From Oscillospiraceae bacterium (GTDB lineage Bacteria > Bacillota > Clostridia > Oscillospirales > Oscillospiraceae), in assembly GCA_024698225.1 (NCBI GenBank), contig JAILRK010000242.1, positions 1-42,270 of the forward strand: a stretch of DNA of 42,270 bases, in the 5' to 3' direction. Below the pieces are notes generated by a model. It made no database searches. It saw only the letters and a program-made list of their open reading frames with translations, and was not told the DNA's origin. Both the position numbers and the translations under genes were made by a program. Every line of letters starts with the position of its first letter. Position 1 is the stretch's first letter. Shown here piece by piece: positions 8,254-17,736 of this stretch.

Positions 8254-10176
8254 TCAGCCCTGCAGGCGGAGCGCGGGAATCGACGCGCGCGTTGCGATGG
8301 CGGCGACCTCCGCGCGGGTGATGCTGCGCGCGGGCGCAAACGTTCCCGCGGCGTCGACGCCGCCGACCACACCCGCCGCGTAGAGCCGACGGACCGCCGC
8401 GGCGTAGCGCTCCTCGCCCGTCACGTCCGGAATGGACCGGGCCCCGGTCTTTGCCGCATAGGCCTCGTCCGGCAACGCTGCCGCCAGCAGCTCTGCCACC
8501 TCCGCGCGCGTCGCCAGACGCTCCACGTCGGCAGACTGCGCGTCGCTGAGCATCCCGGTCGCCAGCGCGTAGCGTACGTAGCCGTCGTACCACTTCGCAC
8601 CGGCGGGATACGCCACGCTGCGGGCGTGGTAGACGTCGTGCATACGGCAGGCAATGGTGATGACCTCTGCCATCGAGATGTTCCCCAGCGGGTCAAAGAC
8701 GCCGCCGCCCTTGCCGTTCATCAGGCCGATTTCATACACGGCGCTGACGTTATCCCGGTACCACGCACCCTCCGCCACGTCACGAAACAGGCCGTCGGTA
8801 TAGGTCAGCGTCTTTGTGAAGTTGTCCGTTCCGCAGCGCGCGGCTGCCGCGCGGAAGAACGCCGTTTCCGCAAAATCGCGCTTGAGCGCAAGGCCGCTGT
8901 CCATCATGCCCCAGTGCGCGCCCTCGACGCCCTCGTCCGCCGCCTTCCAGGGCTCGTCCGCCGCGTCGAACCACAGCACCTGCGTGCCGGAGGACAGCGA
9001 CCACGCGCGCACCGCCGCAAAGAACTGCGCCGCCTCCGCCGTGCCCGCCTTCGCCGCGCCGACGCCGGCGCCCTCCGTCGGCCAGCCCGTCTCGGAGACC
9101 ACAACCTCCTTGCCGGGGCTTGCCGCCTGCAGCGTGCGCATCGCCCCGGCGAGCGCGTCCACCGCGCCGGAGACCGGAACCCCCTCCCAGTAGGGATAGC
9201 TGTTTGCCATCAGGAGGTCGCAGGCGTCCCGCACGGCGACGTTATCCAGCAGCCGCCCCAGAACGTCCGCCGTGGTGACGGGAATGGACGGGTCTTCCAG
9301 CCTTGTGCGCACATAGTCCATGTCCGCAATCAGCGCCTCCGGCGTCAGGTCGCCGCGGTAGAGCGTCTCGCTGCCCACGCAGGCGACGCAGGCGTAGCCC
9401 TTGTTGCAGTGCTCAACCAGCGCGTCCAGCTCCTTTTTGTCGGCAGCGTCGTTGCCGGACAGCCACGCCGTGCCGATGACCTTGAGCCCGAGCGTGTGCG
9501 CAATCTCATAGGCGGGGTACAGCTCGCCCGACGCGCCGTAGAGACGGACCGTGTCCGCATAGTCCGCGACGGCCTCCAGTTGGTCACGAATCAGCGCGAG
9601 GTCCAGCCCGCCGCCGGGCGCGCCCGTGGTGTAGAAGCCGACGTTGAGCGCAAGCCTGTCCGCCGCGGGCGGCAGGACGGCGGGGCTGTCCACCTGGTCT
9701 GATGTCGGCGCCTCGCGCCGGGGCGAGACGGTGACGCCGCCGTCCGCCGTGCGCGTGATGTGAACGTGGTCCACCGCCGCCTGCTCTGCCGCCGCATAAT
9801 CCATCCCCGGCGTGAACGCCGCAGGCAGCAGCAGGACGTGCAGCGACGTCGCCTCGCGGTCCGACGCAATCGAGCCGTCATAGGAGACGGCAAAGCCGCC
9901 CTCTGACGAAAGCGCCACATACGGACGCTCCAGACTCGGCTTCGGCCAGAAGCTGTTCCACTGCGTCAGCTCCACGTAAAGCGTCACGCGATAGGCAGAG
10001 GGGTCAAAGGCGCTGCCATCCTGTGTGAAGGCAAGCCCTGTGATGGCGCCGCGCTCCCCGCAGGCGGGCACGGACGTAAGCGCGAGGACGGGCGTGCGCC
10101 CCGCCGCGAGGGCGCTCACGGGAAGCAACGCTGCAAGCAGAAGCGTTGTCAAAAGTACGCAAAGCTTTCGTTTCAT
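8254..10176 (-). CDS. secreted GH17-family beta-1,3-glucanase/glucanosyltransferase with C-terminal SLH domains
   Basis: Signal peptide MKRKLCVLL...VSALAA; VRLY, VGSETLYRGDL (acid/base), NSYPYWEG, VSETGWPT (nucleophile), ADEPWK, HWGM; SLH repeats FRDVAEGAWY...F.P..ITRAEVA; GGAGG RBS before ATG 10176. Confidence 0.85.
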   Translation of the reverse strand: MKRKLCVLLTTLLLAALLPVSALAAGRTPVLALTSVPACGERGAITGLAFTQDGSAFDPSAYRVTLYVELTQWNSFWPKPSLERPYVALSSEGGFAVSYDGSIASDREATSLHVLLLPAAFTPGMDYAAAEQAAVDHVHITRTADGGVTVSPRREAPTSDQVDSPAVLPPAADRLALNVGFYTTGAPGGGLDLALIRDQLEAVADYADTVRLYGASGELYPAYEIAHTLGLKVIGTAWLSGNDAADKKELDALVEHCNKGYACVACVGSETLYRGDLTPEALIADMDYVRTRLEDPSIPVTTADVLGRLLDNVAVRDACDLLMANSYPYWEGVPVSGAVDALAGAMRTLQAASPGKEVVVSETGWPTEGAGVGAAKAGTAEAAQFFAAVRAWSLSSGTQVLWFDAADEPWKAADEGVEGAHWGMMDSGLALKRDFAETAFFRAAAARCGTDNFTKTLTYTDGLFRDVAEGAWYRDNVSAVYEIGLMNGKGGGVFDPLGNISMAEVITIACRMHDVYHARSVAYPAGAKWYDGYVRYALATGMLSDAQSADVERLATRAEVAELLAAALPDEAYAAKTGARSIPDVTGEERYAAAVRRLYAAGVVGGVDAAGTFAPARSITRAEVAAIATRASIPALRLQG

Positions 10177-10236
10177 GTCCTTGCTCCTCCAAAACGGAAT
10201 GGATGGGCGGCGCACCGAATCGGGCGCCGCCGGGAC

Positions 10237-11148
10237 TCATCGGATGTTGTTACGCAGGCGGTACTCGTCGAACACCGCCCCCTGCGCGATGATAAAATCG
10301 CGGAACTGCGCCGCGGACGGCGGGAGATAGTTTTCCTTGTTCCACATCAGGTAAAGCCTGCGCTTGTGCACCCCCTGGAGCGGGATAACCTTGACGTTAT
10401 AGGGCGCGCCCCCCAGCGGCCAGGGCGTGATGGCGATGCCGTGGCCCGCGGAGACCAGCCCGAAAATCATGATGTCCTGCGCCGTCTCTGTCGTGATGCG
10501 CGGACGGATGCCGAGCTTGCGGAAATACTCATCCGACTGGCGGCGAATCTGGCAGTCCTTGCTGAAGGCGATGAAATTCTCCCCGTCAATCTCGCTGATG
10601 TCAATGCTCTCGCGGTCGGCAAAGCGGTGCGTCTTCGGCACCAGCAGAGAAAAGCTGTGCTCGCCAAGAAAGGTGCTGCCGACGCGCGGGTCGTCAATCT
10701 CCGTGGCAATCGCGAGGTCAACCTTGCCGTTGAGCAGCATCTCACGCAACGCATAATAGGTGGATTCCTGTCCGGTTTGCAGGCGCACGTCCACGCGGTT
10801 CGTCGCGGAGACGTAGCGCACGATGATGTCCGGCACAAACTGTGCCAGTGACGGGAGGCAGGCCAGCGTCACAATCCCCTTTTCCGGGTCGATGGCGTGG
10901 CGCAGCTCGGTCACGCCCTCGTCGAGGGAAACCAGCGCCTTTTTCACGTGGGGCAGAAACATTCTCCCGTAGGAGGAAAGCACGATATTGCGTCCGCTGC
11001 GCATAAACAGCTTGACATTCAGCTCGTTCTCCAGACTCTGCATCGCGTGGCTCAGGCTGGACTGGTTGACATTCAGCGCCTCCGCCGCCTTGGTGTAATG
11101 CTCCATCTCCGCAATCATCTTAAAATAGTACAACTGTTGAAGGTTCAT
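10237..11148 (-). CDS. LysR-family transcriptional regulator
   Basis: MNLQQLYYF...HYTKAAEALNVNQSSLSHAMQSLENELNVKLF.RSGR HTH; ~300 aa. Confidence 0.95.
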   Translation of the reverse strand: MNLQQLYYFKMIAEMEHYTKAAEALNVNQSSLSHAMQSLENELNVKLFMRSGRNIVLSSYGRMFLPHVKKALVSLDEGVTELRHAIDPEKGIVTLACLPSLAQFVPDIIVRYVSATNRVDVRLQTGQESTYYALREMLLNGKVDLAIATEIDDPRVGSTFLGEHSFSLLVPKTHRFADRESIDISEIDGENFIAFSKDCQIRRQSDEYFRKLGIRPRITTETAQDIMIFGLVSAGHGIAITPWPLGGAPYNVKVIPLQGVHKRRLYLMWNKENYLPPSAAQFRDFIIAQGAVFDEYRLRNNIR

Positions 11149-11224
11149 GTCATCTCCTCCTTCGCATATGTCGGCAGGACCGGCTGCTCAGGCGTCATGC
11201 GTATTCGTCATCTTTCGTGGATTT

Positions 11225-11253
11225 GTTATACCATATAAAAATTACTAATGCAA
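11225..11253 (-). promoter_or_regulatory. sigma70 promoter of the LysR gene
   Basis: Minus strand TTGCAT-17nt-TATAAC with TGn extension. Confidence 0.55.
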
Positions 11254-11355
11254 TAGCTGTAGAAGTTTTTTTCAATTTTTGGTGTTTCTTTGAACAGAAT
11301 GAACAAGAAATAGAAAATATGTCTGGTATGATAGTCCCTCTCAATGTACTCACGG

Positions 11356-11384
11356 TTGACTTTCCCGTGACAGATTGATAGAAT
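11356..11384 (+). promoter_or_regulatory. sigma70 promoter of moxR-VWA
   Basis: TTGACT-17nt-TAGAAT with TGn extension. Confidence 0.65.
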
Positions 11385-11415
11385 TCCTTCATATCAGCCG
11401 TACGGAGGTCCTCTT

Positions 11416-12231
11416 ATGAACAATACCTTTCAGGGAACGAAGAACTACGTCGCCTCGCCGGAGCTTCTGGGCGCGGTGAACATTGCCGCGGCGCTGGAAA
11501 AGCCGCTGCTCGTCAAGGGCGAGCCGGGCACGGGCAAAACGATGCTGGCACAGGCGGTGGCGGAGGCTCTGGGAAAGCAGCTCATCATCTGGAGCGTCAA
11601 ATCGACCACAAAGGCCCAGGACGGCCTGTACGTCTACGACGTGGTGCAGCGTCTGTATGACAGCCAGTTCGGCAGCGCCGGTGTGGACGACATCGCAAAA
11701 TACATCAAGCTCGGCAAGCTCGGCGAGGCGTTCTCCTCGGACGAGCAGGTGGTGCTGCTGATTGACGAAATCGACAAGGCGGACCTGGAATTCCCCAACG
11801 ACCTGCTCTGGGAGCTGGACAAGATGGAATTCTACATCCCCGAGACGAAGGAGACCGTGCGCGCAAAGCAGCGCCCCATCGTCATCATCACCTCCAACGC
11901 CGAAAAGGAACTGCCCGACGCCTTCCTGCGCCGCTGCATCTTCCACTACATCGCCTTCCCCGACCCCGAACAGATGGAGAAAATCGTGCGCGTGCACTTC
12001 GACCGGCTGGACGAGACGCTGCTGCGCCAGGCCATGGAGGCGTTTTACTTCCTGCGCGGCATTGACAGCATTGAGAAAAAGCCCTCCACCAGCGAGCTGG
12101 TGGATTGGATTCGCGCCCTGGAGCTGGGCGGCGTCGACCCGGCGCGCATCCGCAGGGAGATTCCCTTTGCGGGCGTGCTGCTCAAAAAGGACAAGGACGT
12201 TGCCGCCATGGAACGTCGGCTGGGCCGCTGA
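11416..12231 (+). CDS. MoxR-family AAA+ ATPase (CoxD-like)
   Basis: GEPGTGKT Walker A, LLIDEIDKAD Walker B, FPNDLL, TSNAEKELPDAFLRRC. Confidence 0.93.
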   Translation: MNNTFQGTKNYVASPELLGAVNIAAALEKPLLVKGEPGTGKTMLAQAVAEALGKQLIIWSVKSTTKAQDGLYVYDVVQRLYDSQFGSAGVDDIAKYIKLGKLGEAFSSDEQVVLLIDEIDKADLEFPNDLLWELDKMEFYIPETKETVRAKQRPIVIITSNAEKELPDAFLRRCIFHYIAFPDPEQMEKIVRVHFDRLDETLLRQAMEAFYFLRGIDSIEKKPSTSELVDWIRALELGGVDPARIRREIPFAGVLLKKDKDVAAMERRLGR

Positions 12232-13430
12232 TGTTCCTTCCGTTTTTCTATCTGCTGCGCGCGCGCGGCCTGCACGTGACCATCAGCGAGTGGATGACGC
12301 TGACACAGGCGCTGATGCTCGGCCTGCACCGCTGCTCGCTGACCGGCTTTTACGAGCTCTGCCGCGCGGTGCTCGTCCACTCGGAGGCGGACTACGACAA
12401 GTTTGACGGCGCGTTTCTGGAGTACTTTGACGGCGTGCCCTTCCCCGAGGACCAACTGCCCGAGGAGCTGCTGCGCTGGCTGAAAAAGCCCGAGGACGTG
12501 ATGCGCGCCTTCCGCGCCTTCCTGAACACCACGGACTACGAGAGCAAGAGCATAGAGGAAATCCTCAAAAAATTTGAGGAGCGTCTGCGCGAGCAGAAGG
12601 AGGAGCACAACGGCGGCGACTACTGGATTGGCACGCAGGGGCAGACCGAGTTCGGTCACAGCGGGCACACGCCGGAGGGTCTGCGCGTGGGCGGACAGGG
12701 GCGCTATCGCCGCGCGTTCCGGGTCGCGGGCGAGCGGCACTACCGCGACTTCCGCAAGGACAACACGCTCGATATCCGGCAGTTTCAGATGGCGTTCCGC
12801 CTGCTGCGGCAGTACTCCTCGCGCGCCCAGGGCGAGAAGACCGAGTTTGACGTGGACGAAACCGTCCGCGCCACGGGCGACAAGGGCGGCATGCTCGACG
12901 TGCGCTTCCGGCGTCCGCGCAAGAACACCGTCAAGGTGCTGATGCTGATGGACACCGGCGGCTCGATGGAGTACTACGCCAGCCTCTGCTCCATGCTGTT
13001 TCAGGCGGCACAGCGGGACAACCAGTTCAAGGAGCTGCACGTTTACTATTTCCACAACTGTATTGCGCCCTCGGTCTACAGCCAGCCGCAGATGCGGCGG
13101 GAGCATTCGGTGGCAACGGAGTGGCTGCTCAAAAACTACGGCAGCGAGTACAAGGTCATCCTCGTCGGCGACGCCATGCTCGACATGTACGAGCTGCTGG
13201 AAAAGCGCTTTGACTGGCGCACGAACGAGGAGCGCTACTCCGGACTGGACTATCTCCGCCGCTTTCGCGCACAGTTCCCGCACCTGGTCTGGCTCAACCC
13301 CGAGCAGCCGCCGGTCATGGGCGGACTGTGGGGCGAGAGCTACGGCAAGATTGCCGGGGAGGTCGACATGTATCCGCTCTCGGTCAGCGGGCTGGAGCGC
13401 GCCATGAAGAAGCTGCTGGTGCTCAAATAA
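12231..13430 (+). CDS. VWA-domain CoxE-like protein
   Basis: Start ATG 12231 overlaps the moxR stop (TGATG); HNGGDYWIGT, LMDTGGSM MIDAS, YYFHNC, ILVGDAM, WLNP. Confidence 0.88.
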   Translation: MFLPFFYLLRARGLHVTISEWMTLTQALMLGLHRCSLTGFYELCRAVLVHSEADYDKFDGAFLEYFDGVPFPEDQLPEELLRWLKKPEDVMRAFRAFLNTTDYESKSIEEILKKFEERLREQKEEHNGGDYWIGTQGQTEFGHSGHTPEGLRVGGQGRYRRAFRVAGERHYRDFRKDNTLDIRQFQMAFRLLRQYSSRAQGEKTEFDVDETVRATGDKGGMLDVRFRRPRKNTVKVLMLMDTGGSMEYYASLCSMLFQAAQRDNQFKELHVYYFHNCIAPSVYSQPQMRREHSVATEWLLKNYGSEYKVILVGDAMLDMYELLEKRFDWRTNEERYSGLDYLRRFRAQFPHLVWLNPEQPPVMGGLWGESYGKIAGEVDMYPLSVSGLERAMKKLLVLK

Positions 13431-13435
13431 GTTCC

Positions 13436-13466
13436 AAATGTCCGCGGCGCACGCCGCGGACATTTT
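13436..13466 (+). terminator. rho-independent terminator
   Basis: AAATGTCCGCGGCG-ca-CGCCGCGGACATTT-T right after the stop codon. Confidence 0.75.
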
Positions 13467-13565
13467 CCTTGCTATTCTGCGGAGAATGTCGTATGCTAAA
13501 TGGAGACCGAACATAAGAAAACAAGCGGGCGGGAAGCGCATTTCCGCGGAGCTTTGGAGGGTATT

Positions 13566-14843
13566 ATGGAACGAAACAGTCTGACCTACCGGACCTACGT
13601 AGAGATTCTCCGGCGCGAGCTGGTGTGCGCCATGGGCTGCACCGAGCCGATTGCCGTCGCCTACTGCGCGGCGGTTGCGCGCGCCACGCTGGGCGCGGAG
13701 CCGGAGCACATCCGCGTGCAGGCGAGCGGCAACGTCATCAAAAACGTCAAGAGCGTCGTCGTGCCCAACACCAACGGCGGGCGGGGCATCGCCGTCGCCG
13801 CGGCCATCGGCGTGCTCGGCGGCGACGAGGCGGCGGAGCTGGAGGTCATCTCCCACGTCCCAGAGGAGGCAAAGGCGCGTCTTGCGGCGTATCTTGCCGC
13901 AACGCCCATCGAGGTCTCCTCCGTCGAGTCCGACTGCATTCTCGACATCATCGTCACCGTCCGCGCGGGCGCGGACAGCGCGACGGTGCGCATCGCCAAC
14001 GAGCACGCGAACGTCGTGCACATCGAGCGCAGCGGCGAGGTGCTGCTGGACAAGGACCCCAACGCCGCACTGCAGTCCGCCGCGGACGAGCCGGACTACA
14101 CCCTGCTGAACGTGCACGACATCTGCGACTTTGCCGCCACCTGCGTGCTCGACGACGTCGCGCCGACGCTGCGCCGCCAGATTGCGCTGAACACCGCCAT
14201 CTCCGACGAGGGACTGCGGCACGACTACGGCGCGAACATCGGCAAGGTGCTGCTCACCACCGGGGACAGCCTGCGCGTGCGCGCCAAGGCGCGCGCCGCC
14301 GCCGGCTCCGACGCGCGCATGAACGGCTGCGAGATGCCGGTGGTCATCTGCTCCGGCAGCGGCAACCAGGGCATCACCGCCTCCCTGCCCGTCGTGGAAT
14401 ACGCCGCGGCGCTGGGCAAGAGCGAGGACGAGCTGCTGCGCGCGCTGCTGGTGTCCAACCTCGTCACGCTGCACGAAAAATCCGGCATTGGCCGTCTGTC
14501 CGCCTACTGCGGCGCGGTCAGCGCGGGCGCAGGCGCGGGCGCAGGCATCGCCTGGCTCTACGGCGGCGGCGAGGACGCGGTGGCGCACACGATTGTCAAC
14601 GCGCTCGCCATCACCAGCGGCATCGTCTGCGACGGGGCAAAGTCCTCCTGCGCGGCAAAAATCGCCATCGCGGCGGAGGCGGGCATCTTCGGCTATGAGA
14701 TGTTCGTCAACGGTCAGCAGTTCCTCGGCGGCGACGGGCTGGTGGTCAAGGGCGTGGAGAACTCCATCGCCAGCTTCAGCCGCCTTGCCCGCGTGGGCAT
14801 GAGCGAGACCGACCGCGAAATCATCCGCATGATGACCGAGTAA
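13566..14843 (+). CDS. L-cysteine desulfidase / serine dehydratase alpha-like (UPF0597, YhaM/CyuA family)
   Basis: AMGCTEPIAVA, SDARMNGC, GSGNQG, RLSAYCGA, CDGAKSSCAAK; GGAGG RBS before ATG 13566; TTGCTA-17-TATGCT promoter at 13469-13497. Confidence 0.88.
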   Translation: MERNSLTYRTYVEILRRELVCAMGCTEPIAVAYCAAVARATLGAEPEHIRVQASGNVIKNVKSVVVPNTNGGRGIAVAAAIGVLGGDEAAELEVISHVPEEAKARLAAYLAATPIEVSSVESDCILDIIVTVRAGADSATVRIANEHANVVHIERSGEVLLDKDPNAALQSAADEPDYTLLNVHDICDFAATCVLDDVAPTLRRQIALNTAISDEGLRHDYGANIGKVLLTTGDSLRVRAKARAAAGSDARMNGCEMPVVICSGSGNQGITASLPVVEYAAALGKSEDELLRALLVSNLVTLHEKSGIGRLSAYCGAVSAGAGAGAGIAWLYGGGEDAVAHTIVNALAITSGIVCDGAKSSCAAKIAIAAEAGIFGYEMFVNGQQFLGGDGLVVKGVENSIASFSRLARVGMSETDREIIRMMTE

Positions 14844-14874
14844 CCCACCTGTACCGGAAACGGAGAACAAGCTC

Positions 14875-15813
14875 ATGAACAGCCTGATCATCTGTCTCAA
14901 CGCCATTTTCCCGATTTTCTTCATCATCGCCGCAGGCTATGCCGCCAAGCGCGCCGGCATCCTCCGTGAAACGGAGGTCCCGCGCATGAACGCCGTGGCG
15001 TTCAAGGTGTTCATGCCCGCAATGTGCCTCTACAACGTGTACCACTCGGAGCTCTCCGCCGCACTGCGCCCCAAGCTGTTTGTCTTCACCTTCCTCGGCA
15101 TTCTGCTGGTGTTCGGCGCGGCGCTGCTGTTCGCCGTCAAATGCGTGAAGGACCGCTCCCGCCGCAGCGTGGTGGCGCAGGGGCTGTACCGCTCCAACTA
15201 CCTGATTGTCGGCGTGCCGTTCGTCTCGGGTCTGGTCGGCGAGGGCAACCTGGGCGCCGCCGCCGTGATGGGCGCGCTGGTCGCCCCGATGTTCAACGTG
15301 CTGGCGGTCATTCTGCTGGAGTCCTACAACGGGACAAAAACGAACAAGAAAAAGCTGTTGCTCAACATTGCGAAAAACCCGCTGATTCTCGGCAGCTTCG
15401 CGGGGCTGGTGCTGCTTCTGCTGGGCGTCACGCTGCCCTCGCCGCTGGAGATTGCCATACGCGACATGTCGCGCACGGCAAGCCCGCTGCTGCTGTTCCT
15501 GCTCGGCGCGTTCTTCCACTTTGGCGACGCGCGACAGCACTGGCGCGAGCTTGCCGCCGTCACCCTTGGACGGCTGGTCGTCATCCCCGCCGTCATGCTG
15601 ACGCTTGCCGTTGCGCTGGGCTTCCGCGGCTCGGACCTCGCCACGCTGGTCGCCGTGTTCGCCTCCTCCACCGCCGTCGCGTCGTTCACGATGGCGGAGC
15701 AGATGGGCGGCGACGCCAAGCTGGCGGGCAACATCGTCGTCATGACCAGCGCCTGCGCCTCCTTCACGCTGTTTGCCTGGAGCCTCGTGCTCAAGCTGCT
15801 GGCGCTCATATAG
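14875..15813 (+). CDS. AEC (auxin efflux carrier) family transporter
   Basis: ~10 TM helices; NAIFPIFFII.AGY, MNAVAFKVFMP, YRSNY, KNPLILG, MGGDAKLAG. Confidence 0.88.
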   Translation: MNSLIICLNAIFPIFFIIAAGYAAKRAGILRETEVPRMNAVAFKVFMPAMCLYNVYHSELSAALRPKLFVFTFLGILLVFGAALLFAVKCVKDRSRRSVVAQGLYRSNYLIVGVPFVSGLVGEGNLGAAAVMGALVAPMFNVLAVILLESYNGTKTNKKKLLLNIAKNPLILGSFAGLVLLLLGVTLPSPLEIAIRDMSRTASPLLLFLLGAFFHFGDARQHWRELAAVTLGRLVVIPAVMLTLAVALGFRGSDLATLVAVFASSTAVASFTMAEQMGGDAKLAGNIVVMTSACASFTLFAWSLVLKLLALI

Positions 15814-15835
15814 CCCTTCGTTCTCTTCTCGTAGC

Positions 15836-15867
15836 ACAGCTCCGCAAGCCGTGGCTTGCGGAGCTGT
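15836..15867. terminator. bidirectional terminator hairpin
   Basis: ACAGCTCCGCAAGCC-gt-GGCTTGCGGAGCTGT between convergent genes. Confidence 0.75.
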
Positions 15868-15898
15868 TGTTATGCTATTTGATTGTTTCGCGCGACAA

Positions 15899-17680
15899 TC
15901 AGCGGCCGAACTGGCAGTCGTTGTTGCCGGAGACGGTGGTCCACATCTCAAGCATGTTGATGGGGTCGTTGAAGTCGGCAATCCAACCCTCGCGGGCGAA
16001 GTCGAAGTTGCCGTTCTTGCGCTCCTGCAGGAAGACGTTCCAATCCTGCTGCTGGATGGTCAGGCCAATGCCGACGGCGCTGAGGTCCTGCTGGATGGAC
16101 TCGGCGATGGCGATGTGACCGGAGGTCGTGTTGGTCAGATACTCGAGCTGAATCGGCGTCTCGGCGGAGAGCATGCCGTCCTCGCCGAACTGGAAGCCGG
16201 CGGCCTTGAGCAGGGTGCGGGCGCGCTCCACAGTGGCCTCATAGTCGTTGGTGACGGCGTAGGCGTCGAAATAGCCCTCCTCGGCAGTCGCCTTGAACAC
16301 GCCGCCGTTGCCGTCCGCCATGCCCAGGGGGATGAAGGAGTTCGCGGCAACCTGACCGGTCTGGCCGATGTTCTCGCAGATGTAGTCACGGTCGATGAGG
16401 ATGGTGAAGGCCTCGCGCATGCAGGCGGCCTGCTCCGGGGTCTTGCCCTCGAAGACGCTGCTCTTGGCGTTGAAGGCGACGTAGTAGGTGCCGAGCTGGT
16501 CCACGATGTAGAACTCGGGGTTCTCCAGCAGGGAGGCGACCTCGTCGGTCGGGATGGAGTCGGCAAGGTCGAGGTTGCCGGCATTGTAGGCGGCGAAGAT
16601 GGCGGTGTCGTCGTCGGAGAGCATGAACTCAAGCTTCTCGACGGTGACCTTGTCGGCATCGTACCAGTACGGGTTCTTCTCATAGGTCATGGACACGTCG
16701 TGCGTCCAGCCGGTGCAGACGTATGCGCCGTTGGAGACGAAGCCGGCCTCCTGGCACCAGCCGCCGGGGCTGGTCTGCCAATCGGCATAGGACTCGACCG
16801 CAGACTGCTTGACGGGATAGAAGGCGGGGAACGCCATCAGGTCCTGCATGTAGGCGCAGGGTGCGTTGAGCTCGAAGACAAAGGTCTTGGCGTCGGGCGC
16901 GGAGACGGCGAGGTCGTTGGGATAGCCCTTGACGTTGTCAAACATGTAGGCATAGTCGGCAGCGGTGGCATCGCCGGCGGCGCGCTTCCAGGAGTAGACA
17001 AAGTCCTCGGCGGTCAGGTCGCTGCCGTCGGACCACTTGAGCCCGTCGCGCAGGGTGACGGTGTAGACCAGACCGTCGTCGCTGACGGTGTAGCTCTCGG
17101 CGCAGGCGGGGACGGTCTCGCCGCTCTCGTCATAGGCGTAGAGGCCGGAGAAGCTGTTGACCGCGAGGCAGGCGCCGTCCACGGAGCTGTTGAGCGCGGG
17201 GTCAAGGAAGTCGGGCTCGCTGGCGAGGTTGATGCGCATCGTATCCGAGCCGTTCGCCATGTTGGCAAACATGAAGTACTTGAAGCCATAGGCGTTGGAA
17301 TACACGCCGCTGACGTAGTCCTTCATCAGATAGATGTCGTTGTAGTAGTAGATGGGGATAACGCAGTTGGTCGCCATGAGGATGTCCTCGGCGTTGTGCA
17401 TCAGCTCGGCGCGCTTGGCAAAGTCGGTCTCGCTCTTAATCTGCGCGATCAGGGCGTCGTACTGCGCCCAGTCGGCAATCGGGTCGATGAACGCATCGCT
17501 GACCAGCTCTGCGGCATCGGGCACCTCCTCGGCGGGTGCCGCGGTCTCGGTGCTTTCGGCGGGTGCGGTGGTCTCGGTGCTCTCGGCGGGTGCAGCGGGC
17601 GCTTCGGTGGTTCCGCCGCCGCAGGCGACGAGCGCGAAGAGCATCACCAGAGCAAGAGACATGGCAAGAAACTTCTTCAT
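15899..17680 (-). CDS. oppA: oligopeptide ABC transporter substrate-binding lipoprotein (family 5), apparently circularly permuted
   Basis: Lipobox LVAC after MKKF...; EPDFLDPA, LRDGLKWSDGSDLTAEDFVYSWKR, SNGAY, KNPYWYD, GWIADFNDP; GGAGG RBS before ATG 17680. Confidence 0.92.
   Translation of the reverse strand: MKKFLAMSLALVMLFALVACGGGTTEAPAAPAESTETTAPAESTETAAPAEEVPDAAELVSDAFIDPIADWAQYDALIAQIKSETDFAKRAELMHNAEDILMATNCVIPIYYYNDIYLMKDYVSGVYSNAYGFKYFMFANMANGSDTMRINLASEPDFLDPALNSSVDGACLAVNSFSGLYAYDESGETVPACAESYTVSDDGLVYTVTLRDGLKWSDGSDLTAEDFVYSWKRAAGDATAADYAYMFDNVKGYPNDLAVSAPDAKTFVFELNAPCAYMQDLMAFPAFYPVKQSAVESYADWQTSPGGWCQEAGFVSNGAYVCTGWTHDVSMTYEKNPYWYDADKVTVEKLEFMLSDDDTAIFAAYNAGNLDLADSIPTDEVASLLENPEFYIVDQLGTYYVAFNAKSSVFEGKTPEQAACMREAFTILIDRDYICENIGQTGQVAANSFIPLGMADGNGGVFKATAEEGYFDAYAVTNDYEATVERARTLLKAAGFQFGEDGMLSAETPIQLEYLTNTTSGHIAIAESIQQDLSAVGIGLTIQQQDWNVFLQERKNGNFDFAREGWIADFNDPINMLEMWTTVSGNNDCQFGR
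17529..17593. repeat. 27-bp tandem repeat (~2.4 copies) encoding the APAESTET linker of OppA
   Basis: TCGGCGGGTGC recurs at 17529, 17556 and 17583. Confidence 0.85.
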
Positions 17681-17736
17681 TCTGAATACCTCCAATTTGA
17701 TTGTTTTTATAGCAACCCTTGCGGGATACTACCGGT

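Noticed and set aside
11149-11415. AT-rich intergenic stretch as possible foreign DNA or sRNA
   Set aside because: Explained by two divergent sigma70 promoters and likely regulator sites; no structured RNA recognised
17529-17593. 27-bp repeats as a possible CRISPR array
   Set aside because: In-frame tandem repeats without spacers, encoding a flexible lipoprotein linker; no cas genes
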